From Selaginella moellendorffii (lineage: Eukaryota > Plantae > Lycopodiophyta), in the NCBI RefSeq assembly GCF_000143415.4, contig NW_003314301.1, positions 65,757 to 129,756 on the forward strand: DNA of 64,000 nucleotides. The letters run 5' to 3'. Numbering within the stretch: position 1 is the first letter of the stretch; every line of letters starts with the position of its first letter. A program made the position numbers and the translations under genes. Positions 24,411-36,339 of the stretch are shown here, piece by piece. The notes under the pieces are model-generated. The model had not been told where the DNA came from. It did no database searches and was given only the letters and a program-made list of their open reading frames with translations.

Positions 24411-25506
24411 ACTTCACTTTGGAGAGGCTCATGGCAATCTTCTCATGCATTGCAACAGGGATTTAGACACAGGTTTTCTGCTCACTGTGCAGGAATGAAG
24501 GTCACGTCAGTGCAGCTACAATGCTCGTTGGCGTTGGTCAAGGAATCACTCATCCACTTGAAGGATTTCCAAAGCTTCGGTGCATTGGTGTGCTTTCCTG
24601 TTTGATTCCTCTTTTAACGAAGCTTTGCATATCGCTCTGGGAGCACTAGTTTTCCAGTGGCCAAGGTGTTAAAACTGCTCAAGTGGAGTAGATCCATGTC
24701 GTCGTCGATGATGTTCTTGTGGGAACTTCGGGCTGAACTCGAACATCCAGGTCATTGTATGCTTGTCATGTTCGCCTTTCTTCGTCCTTACTGCTTCTTG
24801 TCTCTTTTTCAGGCTGAATATGTGGCGTATCTAACTGGTAGAGTAGAAGAAGATCGAAATGCAAGCAGCCTGTATCACCACACCGGCTGGGTGCCCATAC
24901 TTTCTGCAAATCTCACTTTAGAGGAAATGTTGTAAAGCACAGATGAATTCGAGAAGTCTGAAGGCAGGTCACAATATAGAGAAATTCTCCCTAGCCTTGA
25001 ACACGAGTTGCTACTTCCAGGGCTTGGGCCAGTGCTTGACACTGCATCGCTCATGTCAACGCTGCTTGTCCTAGTCCAGATTCTTGAATAGAACGAGGGA
25101 GATTCAACTGTGTGGGGCGAATACTTTGAGCACCCCATGTTAAACGTTGGTGAGTCAACCAAAGGAGGCTATCAGTTTTTTGCCTTAGATTACCACTTGC
25201 AAAAAATCTAACAAAAATCTAATCTAAGGATTGCTGAATAGCATTTCTGAGACGCTTGAGAATATCATTAGTGATTTGGAAGGCCTTCTTGAGCACTTCA
25301 TCGGCAATGGCAGGACTGGAAGCAAATATCGCCCTTGGAACCTGGGTGATTCCCGGGATCTGAGAGCTCAACCCAGTATAGCGTGGTAGCGCTTTGCTAA
25401 AGTTGGCATGCAGCTAACCAAATAAGTTCTAAAGAGACCATACATAGACAAAGCGACCATATAAACTAATCACCTTTCTAGACCTTAGGTTGATCGAGGC
25501 TGTGAT

Positions 25507-26856
25507 ATGAGGATCGCTTTGTTGACGTTAGTTTTCATTGTTTCTGTGGGACTTACCAAATCAAATGGCATGATCAAGAAGCCTCTGGTCATTCTCATAT
25601 CTGTTGATGGATTCAAATGGGGTTACCAGTTTAAGACGTCCACTCCAAACATTGACTTCATCAAGGAGAATGGTGTGGAAGCTTTTCCGGGTATGATTCC
25701 AGTGTTTCCCACAGTGACAATGCCAAATCACAATTCCATTGCTACTGGTACGTCATAAAAGATTTTCTTATTTGTTGGTAAATCAATTAATTTAAACAGG
25801 TTTGTATCCTGCATGGCACGGAATTATTGCCAATAGTTTCGTGGATCCATCAGACCCTTCATTTCCAAGGTTTAACGTCTCGTGGGCGGATCCAAGGTGG
25901 TGGCACGGAGAGCCTCTTTGGGAAACGGTAGTTAGGAATGGACTCAGAGCTGGAACTTATCTATGGCCGGGGAGTGAAGTTGTAAGAGGCCACTGGACTT
26001 GTCCTCAAGAGTACTGTGCTCGCCTTGCAAACTCATCTCTTGCCTTTGAGGACCGCATTGACTCCATTCTAAAGTTTGTGGACATGCCAGTTTCCAAGCG
26101 GCCAAGCTTCATTGCTGTTTACTTTGACAATCCGGATCACGCAGGGCATGCCTCGGGACCAGACTCGCAAGAGCTCACAGATGCTGTGAGCAACATTGAC
26201 AAGATGGTTGGAAGACTCTTGGATGGTCTGGAAGCGCGTGGGATACTCAATGATGTTCATATTATCATGGTTAGTGACCATGGCATGGTAACGAGCTGCG
26301 AGAGTAAGGTGATTTATCTCGAGGATTTGGCTCCATGGATCAGAATCCCTGATGAATGGTATGACTGGGTTGGAGCAGTAGTTGCATTGAGACCTCCAAG
26401 AGGTAATTTATGTGATAACTCTATTTTGACTCTTATTGACTAAGCTTTTGACCAGGTTTTGATGCAAAGCACATTGTGAAGAAGATGAACGAGGGATTGC
26501 AGTCAGGAAGGGTGAATAATGGACAGTTCCTCAAGGTTTTCCTCAAGGAAGATTTGCCAGAAAGGTTACATTTCTCACATGGCAAGTTTGGTCAACCTAT
26601 CATTGGGTTGGCTTCAGAAAGCTATACTGTGAAGCTTGGGAGATCAACAAATAGTAGCTGTGGAGGTTTTCATGGTTATGACAATGCGTACTCCTCAATG
26701 CGGTCTGTTTTCTTTGCTCATGGTCCAAGATTTCCGAAACGAAAAGTGGCATCGTTCCCTAATGTGGAGATATATAACATAATCACCACAATTATAGGAA
26801 TTCGAGGAGCCCCAAACAATGGAACACTGTCATTTGCTCGTGATATTTTGATTTGA
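25507..26856 (+). CDS. Secreted nucleotide pyrophosphatase/phosphodiesterase (NPP, alkaline phosphatase superfamily), 3 exons, intact
   Basis: Signal peptide, ILISVDGF, FPTVTMPNHNSIATG (catalytic Thr), WWHGEPLWET, PDHAGH, SDHGM, GFHGYDN. Confidence 0.92.
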
Positions 26857-26947
26857 TATTCAAAAGGCATATATGTACTTCTTCAATTAGGCTATTAAGA
26901 AGAAAGATTTGAGTACTCAAGGCTGTTGCAGCAGTGAACTTCTGTCA

Positions 26948-28303
26948 TCATTTGGGCTCTCTCCGCACTTTCCTATTGGAAGTGAAGTTGCAAATCTGCG
27001 TAATGTTCAGAGATGGATAAATGTATCGACCTGTGAGCAATGCCTTTGACAACTGCCGATAGAACGACTCGGTAAAGTGAACGCCATCCCAGCTGACGTA
27101 CTCCGAAGGTTTCAAAGTGGTACCGTTTGGCTGGATAACTAGTCCGCATGGCTGAGTAACGTCAAAGTTATATTCCCCTCCATTCCCGCAACATGCTGAT
27201 AGTTTAGTCTTGTTTTGGAATCCTGGAAAGACATAAATGAGTGTAATTACAATAACACCACATGATCTCACCATAAACTAGCGGTTTATCCAGGACATCC
27301 AAAGTGAATTTGTAAGCATCTGCATAAAGAAGATGAAATCCCGTCCTGTTCTTTTGCAAGACTTGGATTTCATCATACAACTGCTTGTTGAACGCTTCCG
27401 CAACTTGGTTAAAAGGGAGAAGACAACCCCGAGAGTCCTTTGGCATATATTTTCCAAATACGCTCAGCAATACCGGCATGCAGCCGTGAGGGAACGTGCT
27501 GAAGACCAACAAGTTTTGTGCGCCATGCTCATGGAGACTCTATTAAAGGCTTTAGAACAACTTCAAGACTGAATGCAACTTTGTGTACCCGTAATGCGTG
27601 AGAGATGGCTCTCACAACGTATGGAACAACCTCAGCTGTTACATTCTCAGGGCTTCTATGCTCCAACAAGTAGGAATTGAGAAGGTCGTTAGTACTTATG
27701 ACAACCGCATACAGAGCAGTCTTTAGATGATGATAATAAGGAACTAGCTTTTGCATCCCTACAGAGGAAACTATGAATGACACTACCTTTGCAAAGTCTG
27801 AGACGAATCATTACCTTTACCATGTCCGCTGTCGTAAGCATCCTGCTTGAACCTCAGAAACTGGTCAATCTGAACCGGAAGGTACAGTGGGACTTCGAAG
27901 CTGGTGTTCAAAGCAGTCGCTCCAGAGACCGCAAAATTCACCCCGTTGGCATAATTCGAGTTAATACTTTGCAAAATGGGATCCAGGAATCTATCATACT
28001 CAAAAGCCTCCGCTGCAAAAAAATACACGAATAACATCAAACGCTGTTTAATCAACGCACACAATTACCAAAAAAGNNNNNNNNNNNNNNNNNNNNNNNN
28101 NNNNNNNNNNNNNNNNNNNNNNNNNNNNNNNNNNNNNNNNNNNNNNNNNNNNNNNNNNNNNNNNNNNNNNNNNNNNNNNNNNNNNNNNNNNNNNNNNNNN
28201 NNNNNNNNNNNNNNNNNNNNNNNNNNNNNNNNNNNNNNNNNNNNNNNNNNNNAGCAAATAACTCAGCAATCACTAGAACTGCCGCTATTGACAAGAACTC
28301 CAT
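26948..28303 (-). CDS. GDSL/SGNH esterase-lipase, right copy (exon 1 interrupted by assembly gap)
   Basis: GVNFAVSGAT, STND, PHGCMP, GCL..FNQVAEAFNKQL, CCGNGGEYNF, WDGVHFTE. Confidence 0.85.
28077..28252. other. Assembly gap (N run)
   Basis: 176 N. Confidence 1.
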
Positions 28304-28964
28304 GATAATCAATTGTGAGCGAGCAGAATGTCGACTTGATGCCGCTGATCTTTTCTGGAGCTGCAGAAACGATGTGATCATTATCTTAAAACTCGAAGAT
28401 GAACCTTGGTTCTGTGGACGACCACCTGGACTACTACTTTGTCGCGTATAATGACGAACTTTCTTGTTTCCCGATTTCATTTTATGTTTAAACAAACAAA
28501 ACTTTAGTACAGTTTATTGCTCGTGGTGATTCGCCATGCTGCAGTTTGGAACATGTCAAAAGATGAAAGCAATCAAGCAAGCACTCACTCACCATTGTCT
28601 TCTTGCTCGGATCACTGGCTGGTTCTTCTGAATTCGATCCATTGTCCGTGCTTTCCTGGCCTTCCCGTGCTAAGCTTCGTATATGGAGGTAAAAGCTATG
28701 GCCGTTTCGATGCTCACGCTTAATCCCCCATAACGTAGTTGATCAGCAGTCAAACCCTCGAAGTCCCGATCCAGATTCGCTCTGCTACTTCCCGCAACTC
28801 GGCAAATCACTGAGCTTGAGCCTCTTTGCACTTGTAGCACTTCACGGAAGAACACAAAAATAGTGTACGACAAAGTGGTACGGCTAACATACGGATTGTA
28901 CGTAATGTGATCAAGATCGGACGGCTATCATCGACGCGGGAATTTCAGATCAGAAAAATGGAAA

Positions 28965-29485
28965 TCACGCTTCTCCAGCCGCGGGCGCTTCCACAGTGAT
29001 GGCATAGCATCCGGGAAGGAGCCTTTCTGCGAGAGAGAAAAAAAGAGGAGGAATGAGAAAGGAGCGATGGAGACGAGAGCTTTATACCGATCCTCATCCA
29101 CTTCGCGACCCAGCTCTGGCTGGAATCCATGATCGACACGACGCTGAGCAAAGATTTGGCGACATTGAGCAAGAAAGAGAAAAGAATCGAAATATTTTCC
29201 TTTCCTTACCCGGTGAAGAGGGAAGTGGTGCTCTCCTCCACGCTCCCGAAGAAATTCCCGCAGTTCTCACAGCCGTCCGTCGCGAACTGCGCAGTGGCAT
29301 CGGGTCGATCGATCGATCGCTCGGCAAAGAAAGAGAGACGATCGACAAAGAACCTGGAGCTGCGATTTCACCAAATGGCAGCCAAGACAGGCGACGTAGG
29401 ACGACTTCTTGCCGGATGGGAGCCCGGCGGACAGCGAAAGCGGCAGCTGAGCGACTGGAAGAATCGATCGCGACGTAGCTCCCAT
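28965..29485 (-). CDS. SPT4: Transcription elongation factor SPT4 (4 small exons; not visible as one ORF)
   Basis: Spliced: MGATSRSILPVAQLP..VACLGCHLVKSQLQ|FATDGCENCGNFFGSVEESTTSLFTG|VVSIMDSSQSWVAKWMRI|ERLLPGCYAITVEAPAAGEA*; Zn-ribbon CxxC..CxxC and SW.A.W..PGCYA motifs. Confidence 0.85.
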
Positions 29486-29732
29486 TTCCGTTGCTCTGTC
29501 TTGGAAGAACCCTAAAAATGTGGGCTTTGTCTCCGTCCAGTTAACGGAGTCTGTGAGACTAACCGACAACCAGAGCGTTTCTAGGGTTGGATGGATCTGT
29601 GATCTGTGATGCGGAGCGTTGGAGAGTGCCGCATTCCTGTGAGCGCTGCGAATTTCGCGACGGTTGTGGATGATCCAGCTCGGGAGAGCTCGCATTTGAT
29701 GCTATCTGGAGGAGCGATTTCCAGCTTCGGCG

Positions 29733-32243
29733 GTGGCGGCGGCGTTGGCAGGCATGGCGAATGGATTCCACGCGCTATGGGAGCCACCAGGTAGTGCACA
29801 GATCTCGCAGAATGGGGGCCACGCCAAGGGAATCCATTCTTCTTCTTTCTCTTCGTCCATTCGCAAGCCGCTTCCATTGTCCTTGTTTGGAGAGCAAGAC
29901 GATGAGGACGAGGAGGGGCAAGGAAAAGAGGAAGAATCCATCGCTGCTGATCGAGGAGGAGGAGGAGACGATGGAGAAGAAGAAGAAGAAGAATTTGGAG
30001 AATTCGAGTCAGTGGCGACGCACATTGGCGAGCAGAATGGGAATCGCGTGGAACAAGAGAGAATAGAGAAATCACAGGAGAATGGTTTTGCAGATTTGGA
30101 AGCGCACACTCCAGAGGAAAAGATCTCGAATGGCTGGGCTTCCACGGTTCCAACCAGTGAGCTGATGCTAGCGATGCATGGTATTCGCAGCGATCGTCAA
30201 GTCCCTCTCCACGTCCCAGCTCCGTCAACTCTACTTCCAGATCTCCACGTCCCAGCTCCATCGATTCTACTTCCACATCTCCAGTTCCCAGCTCCATCAA
30301 CTCTACTTCCAGAGACCACTTCCAACGATGATGAATGGGGAGAGTTTGCGGAGCCTTCGGTTCTAAAAGGTGGTGGTGCACAGGTTGGGCTCGTCGATCT
30401 TATCTCTATGTCCGATGATCAAGAAGCTCTCGGGAAACCAAGCACGGTGGCAAAGGATTTATTCTGGAGTCCAGGTGTGGAGCAAGCTTTTCCACCTTCA
30501 TTGCTGGATTCACAACAAGATGTTCTTCCAGTCGATGCTGATACTGCCATCTTCAGTAGCGAGATCGCTCTAGAGAAACACGAAAAGTCCAAACTCACTG
30601 GCTGGGATCTGGATGAATCTCGGTGGGCTGAGAAGCAAAGCACCGTGGAGAACTCGCCACCGGATTTCTTCTTGGAGAATGGTAACAGTGCGGGATTTGA
30701 GCATGACACTGCACTGTCGTTGCTGGATGCACAGCCGGATGTTCTGCCAGTCGAGAGGGATTTGGACGCTGCCAACTTGATCACTCCAGACGGGTCGAAA
30801 CTCGAAAACACGGTGGAGAAGGATTTTTTCTGGGATAGTACCAGTGAAGTTCCTCCATCCTTGCTGGATTTGCAACAGGATGTGCCAGTGGAAATCGATG
30901 GCTTCGAGCTCGCAGATGATCGCAGCTGGGCTTTCAGTGCTGCAACGCTGGAGAGCAGCGGCTATTCTCGATCAGTCAGCCTCCCAGCTCCGAAAGCGGA
31001 CGTGAGCTTTCCAGGCGACATTCTCTCCGGCGACGTAACGTCCACTGGCATCTCTCACCGCCGGAGCCACAGCCATGGAGGCTTCCATCCCAGCTTTACT
31101 GCCATAGACGAGTGGTCATCGTTCGAGGAGTTTGCCACTTCCATCGGACCCCGCAATGCTTCGCCCAAAGGTTTGCTGCCATCTTTTCGTTCGTCATATC
31201 TGGAAACACTAACATCGATCATTCCAGAGATTGTGGAGGAGCACGAGGAGCAAAGTTTGTGGGACACAAGCCCAGCGCTAAATGCATTACAAGATAATGC
31301 ACTCGCAACAACGAACAGCGATCTTATGGATTTGCTTTCGCTCGACTGGGATTCAAAGGCAGTCCTGGCAGCCACTGCCACTGACGAGGTAGGTTTTTTT
31401 CCCTGCTATGCAGTAGAACGTAAAGGATGTATAGCTATCGTTCCAGTTCGTCGTTCCAATGCATCATTCAAGATAGCTGTGTCTGTGTTTTCTACGTATG
31501 CTCTTGCAGGCATGATAATTTAACTCCTATCCTTCAGGCACAACCAAACGCAGCAGGCATGGAAGAAGGGATGAAGCCGAAGTACCTCAAATCGTGGACT
31601 CTTCTCGCCCGTGCTTGTGCCACCGAGTTAAAACTCGGCCTTGGCATCTGGAACGATGCCGTGTCCCGTGGCTGTTCTACGCGACTGGTCTCCACCGAGC
31701 AAGGTTGTACGAATCTAGGAGCGAAAGTTTTCCTGCGAAAGTAGCCACTGGTTAACTAACTTTCAGCTGAAACAGGTGAAAACTACTTCACTGCCCTCGT
31801 ACACATTTACCGGGTTCTTCGCCTCCTGGGTGCCTCGGCGGAGCTCTACGCGTCGTGGCTTCTTCCCGGGATTTGTGAGGAGCTCGCGCTGGCCATGGAC
31901 GAGTCCCGCCTGGCTTGGACTAAGCTCGAGAGCGTGGTGGAGCTCCTTGATTCGAGGACGAGCTTGACAAGACTGGAGGAGTGTCTTCGTTGCTTGCCAT
32001 CGTCGCCACAAGCATCATCGTCGCCATCATTGTGCTGTGCGTTGTCTCTCTTGCGTTTCGACTCTTTTCCAGGTGAGTTGTCGAGGCTTTTCCATTTTTC
32101 TTGGATCCGTGCAGTTGACTCGTGTAGCTTCTCTAGACGTGCCACTCGTTGTCTGGGACGACAGCACATATTTTTTACCCGTAGCCAATCTCTGGGCCAA
32201 CCGCGTGTCCCGAATCTCTCCCGTGGCTTACTTTAGTGGATGA
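29733..32243 (+). CDS. Acidic disordered protein with conserved plant C-terminal domain (synergin-gamma-like adaptor accessory)
   Basis: KPLPLSLFGE, EEFGEF/DEWGEF motifs, C-terminal CATELKLGLGIW..CCALSLL..WDDSTYFLPVANLWANRVS. Confidence 0.65.
30206..30310 (+). repeat. Three 33-bp coding tandem repeats (LHVPAPSTLLP)
   Basis: ctccacgtcccagctccgtcaactctacttcca repeated x3. Confidence 0.85.
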
Positions 32244-32436
32244 AGGACGACGAGACTGCCAAGAGCTTCCCGTGGGATTGCGTTTACGTGGTTTGTAGAG
32301 TTACTTGTTTAAAAGCGGCCGCCGCAATGTACAAGAGGTTCCCGACAACTACCAAAGAAAGATCTTAAATATCTTCCTAGAGAAATAGACCAGCAAGAGA
32401 ACGAACCTAGAAGGCATACTCGCTTGCGTCAAGCAG

Positions 32437-34070
32437 TCACACCACGGCTTGCCATGTCTTTATGGACGAGCGTCAAGCTTTTCTCGAGCTCTTGACGTGT
32501 CAGGTCAGCAATTTCTACCTGGAAAGCAAGGAAGAAAACAAAACAGTGAAAGAACGATGACAACGAACTTAAAGATTTTTGCCACCTTTCCAATCCATGT
32601 TTTGATCTCTTTCCTCAGACCGAAAGCTTTGTTTCGTGCTTTCATATAGTCCATGGCGGTCGGTTGTGGAGGCCCATCTTGATTTTGAAGAGCAATTATG
32701 ACCGCGTCGTGGAGTTTTCTCTGCGATCAAGGAATGTTTTCAGGAAGAATCTCAGAAAAGATAACTAGATAGACACTCACCCGCTGGACTCTCTCGGCCA
32801 TTATAAATCCATCTGCCGAGTTAACAAGTGGAAATCGATCTGTGAGTGATTGCTTCATTCGTAGTCCTTGGTCGTGGGCGTAAGATAGCATCTCCAGCGT
32901 GTTCTCGAGGACCTGCATTGCCAACACCGCTGTATCGAGAAACGGAGCAAAGACGGGGAAGATCTGATTCATAAAGGAAGAAAAACTCGGAGAGCGCAGA
33001 CACTACCTGCAACGTCGACTTGATCAAACGCTTTAGCCGACGTATCTCCTTAACTCGCTCGCGCATCCGGGCGTTGAGCTGACCATTTACGATCTTGAGC
33101 TCGTCAAAATCCACCACGTGAAGGATTTCCTCGAGATCTTTCTTGCTTCCGAATTGCTTGAGCAAACTGTTGCGCTCGGTCTTGGCTCTGGCGTTCTTTG
33201 CCAGAACGTTGTCCCTTAAGTTCTTCTTCCTTCTGTTCTTGTCCACGATGAATCTACATCAACGAAAGGAATAATCCAAGTTTCGGTATCAGAAAAAGCC
33301 GAGAACAAAACGAAAAGAAGTGACTGACCTGAGAATGTCTTCTGAGTATGGCTTGTTTACGGGATTGAGCTGTGCCAGCAGCAACACATCCCTGTTAAAA
33401 TCAACACGATCCTTCCTGAATTCGGCAACTCGGTGCTTGGCCGCGTTGAGAACCGCTCGGAGGTCGTCGAGAATGCGGTCTTGTTCCACTTTTATCTTCT
33501 CGATATACTGCCGCTGGAACAGGCACTCCTCGTCCACAATCTCCAGTTTCTCCTCGGGGCTCAACGTCAAGACCACCATCTCCTGAGGCTTTGCTGCCAC
33601 TTGCGAGAATCGGACGCCACCTCTCGCGGGTTGATCCGCCGCAACTTCTGAAGCTGCTCTCGCCGCCGCTGCCGCCGCCTTGGCCTTCTCTTCCGCCTCG
33701 GCCTTTTCTTTCTCTTCCTGCTCCTTCTCCATGCTTTCCAGATGAAGCTGGAGGCTAGATTTTCGCGCTACAACCACGCGCTGGATCAAAGAGAAAAGAA
33801 GAGAGTCAGCGCTAGGCGATAACACGAAAGAAAACAAGCAATGCACGATCTTGTCGAAAGGAAATAGAGGGAATATGGCCAGGAATCGTGAGATTTGGAG
33901 GCAATACACCGGATTTCGAGCGGAGCTGGACGAAATATCACAATGCGGGGGATGAAAAAACTCACCGAGAGATGCTCCGAGAGCATCGCGTTCTCGACGC
34001 GGATGAACATCTGCTGGCGATGGAGCTCGCTAAGCTGCTTGGCGCGCTCCTCCACCTCCAGATCGGCCAT
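32437..34070 (-). CDS. CCDC113: Flagellar coiled-coil protein CCDC113/CFAP263 (DUF4201)
   Basis: VENAMLSEHL, LTLSPEEKLEIVDEE, RRKKNLRDN, EILHVVDFDELKIVNGQLN, PTAMDYM..EIKTWIGKVEIA. Confidence 0.72.
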
Positions 34071-34441
34071 GGCGGCCGGGCGCGAGACCTAGCGCTCCTG
34101 GCGATGGCGCCCCAGCTCAAACCGCAAAGAATGAGAGACAAGAGAGGAGGGAATTTTTCTGGGGTTGAGTCAGATAGGGCTTTAGGGCTTAAAGAGCGGT
34201 TGGTCGTTAGAAATATCCTTTTGCCCGCTCCGCCAGTGCCGGAGAGCCACGTGGCTTCGTTATTAAACGAAGATGCCAATTAGACTAAGACATTGTTAGC
34301 TAGTTAATCGTGCTTAAGAAAAGCCAGATGGCCGATTTTCAACAAGTCCAGCGCTTTTGTGTGGCAATGGCGGGGCTTTTCTCTTTCTTTCAAAATCCCT
34401 GTTCTTCTTCCACTCCCTGGTCGTGGCTTTAGGTTTTGGCG

Positions 34442-35899
34442 ATGGCGGACATCCTCGCCAGCAATCTCACTGTTCATGCAGCGCTGCTGTTGACGCAGTT
34501 CCTCACGGCCTTCATGACGCTCGCGACGCAGGCGGTGCTCAAGGAAGGCGTGAATCGCCTCGTTCTGGGGTGCTACTGCCTCTTTCTCGCAGGAGCGGTG
34601 CTCGCGGTTGCCGCATTCGTGTTTGAGAGGTAAAGAACACCGAGATTTCGGCTGGATTCTCGCGTTTTCTTGAAATAACTCTCGTCGCCCCCCCTTTCTT
34701 GGCACGAATGGCATCACACAGGGGGCGGGACTTGCGCATTACGTTTGGTTTGATTCTCCAGCTGCTCGTCTTTGGTTTCTTGTAAGTGCTTCTGGATGAT
34801 CGAGAGCAATTGACGGTCTAATCGAGGTATCTTCTTTGTGCTTTTCTCTTTTTTCTCCCTTGAACAGTGTGTTTATCATACAAATTCTGGGATTAGTGGG
34901 GCTCTCCAAGACTTCGGCCAGCTTTGTCTCGGCAATGCATCCACTGTCAACCGTTTTTACTGCCGCGTTCGCGATGCTCTTTGGGTGAGGACAGAGAAGC
35001 TCCAGTACTAAGTGAAGATCGAGCTAACTTTCCTCTTTTTCTAGGGTAGAGAAGGTGAAACTTCTCTCAGTGTACGGGCAAGCGAAGATCGCCGGCATTC
35101 TCGTTTGCGCTGGCGGTGCAATCTTGATGATCCTCTACAAAGGCCCGTGCGTTCTCGGCTTGCAGTGCTCGTCACCGTCCTCGACAACGCCGATCAAATC
35201 CGTAAGGACTGGGGTCGAGTTCCAGGTCGGTGCCTTTTGCATCGTTCTAAGCTCTATAGCCGCTGGAGCAATGGGAACTTTTGCGGTAAAAAATGCTCTC
35301 TTCTCTTTACATCTTCATTCGTTTCTAATTTTCCAGGCAAAGCTGCTTAAGAAGCGCCCCACACCAGTCACAATCCTGGCAATCACTTTCTTGATAGGAT
35401 CACTCGTTAGTGGGACGGCTGGGTTGTTCACAGTCGACAGTGCGGCGTGGAGACTAACCGGGAGTTTAGTCCCCGTCGTTATGCTCATCGTAAGTATCCA
35501 TGCTCGACTTTGAGCCAAGGCAAGGCAGCACTGACCATACACTCGGTTTTGGTTGCTCAGTCCGTTCTTTCCTTGTCCATATTTCCAGTTTTGATGCTTT
35601 GGAGCGTGATGCGGCTCGGCCCCACGATCGTCGGCTGCTACACGCCTGTAAATACACTCATCACGTCGCTTTTCTCGAGCATTTTCCTGGGCAGGCAAGC
35701 AAGCAAAAGGTCTAGACATCTCAAAAGCTTCCTTTCTCGCTTTTGCTTTTGCAGCATCATCGGGGCACTTCTCATTTTGATCGGACTTTTGCTGGTAAGC
35801 TGGGCCCACGAGGAGTGCTCCAAATCAACCGCCGACGAAGAAACCTCATGCTCGGCGGAGCCGCTCATCGAGAAGATCGAAGCTATAAATCTCGCCTAG
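34442..35899 (+). CDS. WAT1-related/UMAMIT (EamA, nodulin MtN21) transporter
   Basis: LKEGVNRLVL..AFVFER, GLSKTSASFVSAM, GQAKIAGILVCAGGAILMILYKGP, GPTIVGCYTPV, SIIGALLILIGLLLVSW. Confidence 0.88.
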
Positions 35900-36339
35900 C
35901 TCAACAGGAGAGTTGTAAATACTACTACCACTACAGGCTACTCTCGTATCATGGGTGAGTATCATTCGCTTCAACTTAGTCAGCACGGATTTCTCTGATC
36001 CGAAAGATGGTGTTTGACATGATTGAGATCTAATCACTTTGGCACCCAATGAAAGATAGAAAAGAAATTCAAGTAATGTGCCCAGACAGAAAGGGTCCAT
36101 AGCAAAATCGCCGAAGCCATTTGCTGCGGATGAGTGTGCTGGATCAATCTAGCAAGAGAAAAATAAGTCGCAAGCAACAGCGCATTGCTATCGACTGAGT
36201 GCCCTTGCCTTTGCATACAAACCCTAGGCGGCCACAAGAGCCCTAATAAATCCAAACCTAGCATATTCCTAAAGCATCAAATAGATTAGCATATTCGGTG
36301 AGTATCGCATATTCAACTTTTATTCTAGATGTAGCATTC

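Larger units (their letters stand above)
22405..28406. repeat. Right arm of large inverted segmental duplication
   Basis: Reverse complement of ~2538-7190 plus a 1.73-kb TRIM insertion; germin reduced to a remnant at ~25230-25375. Confidence 0.9.
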
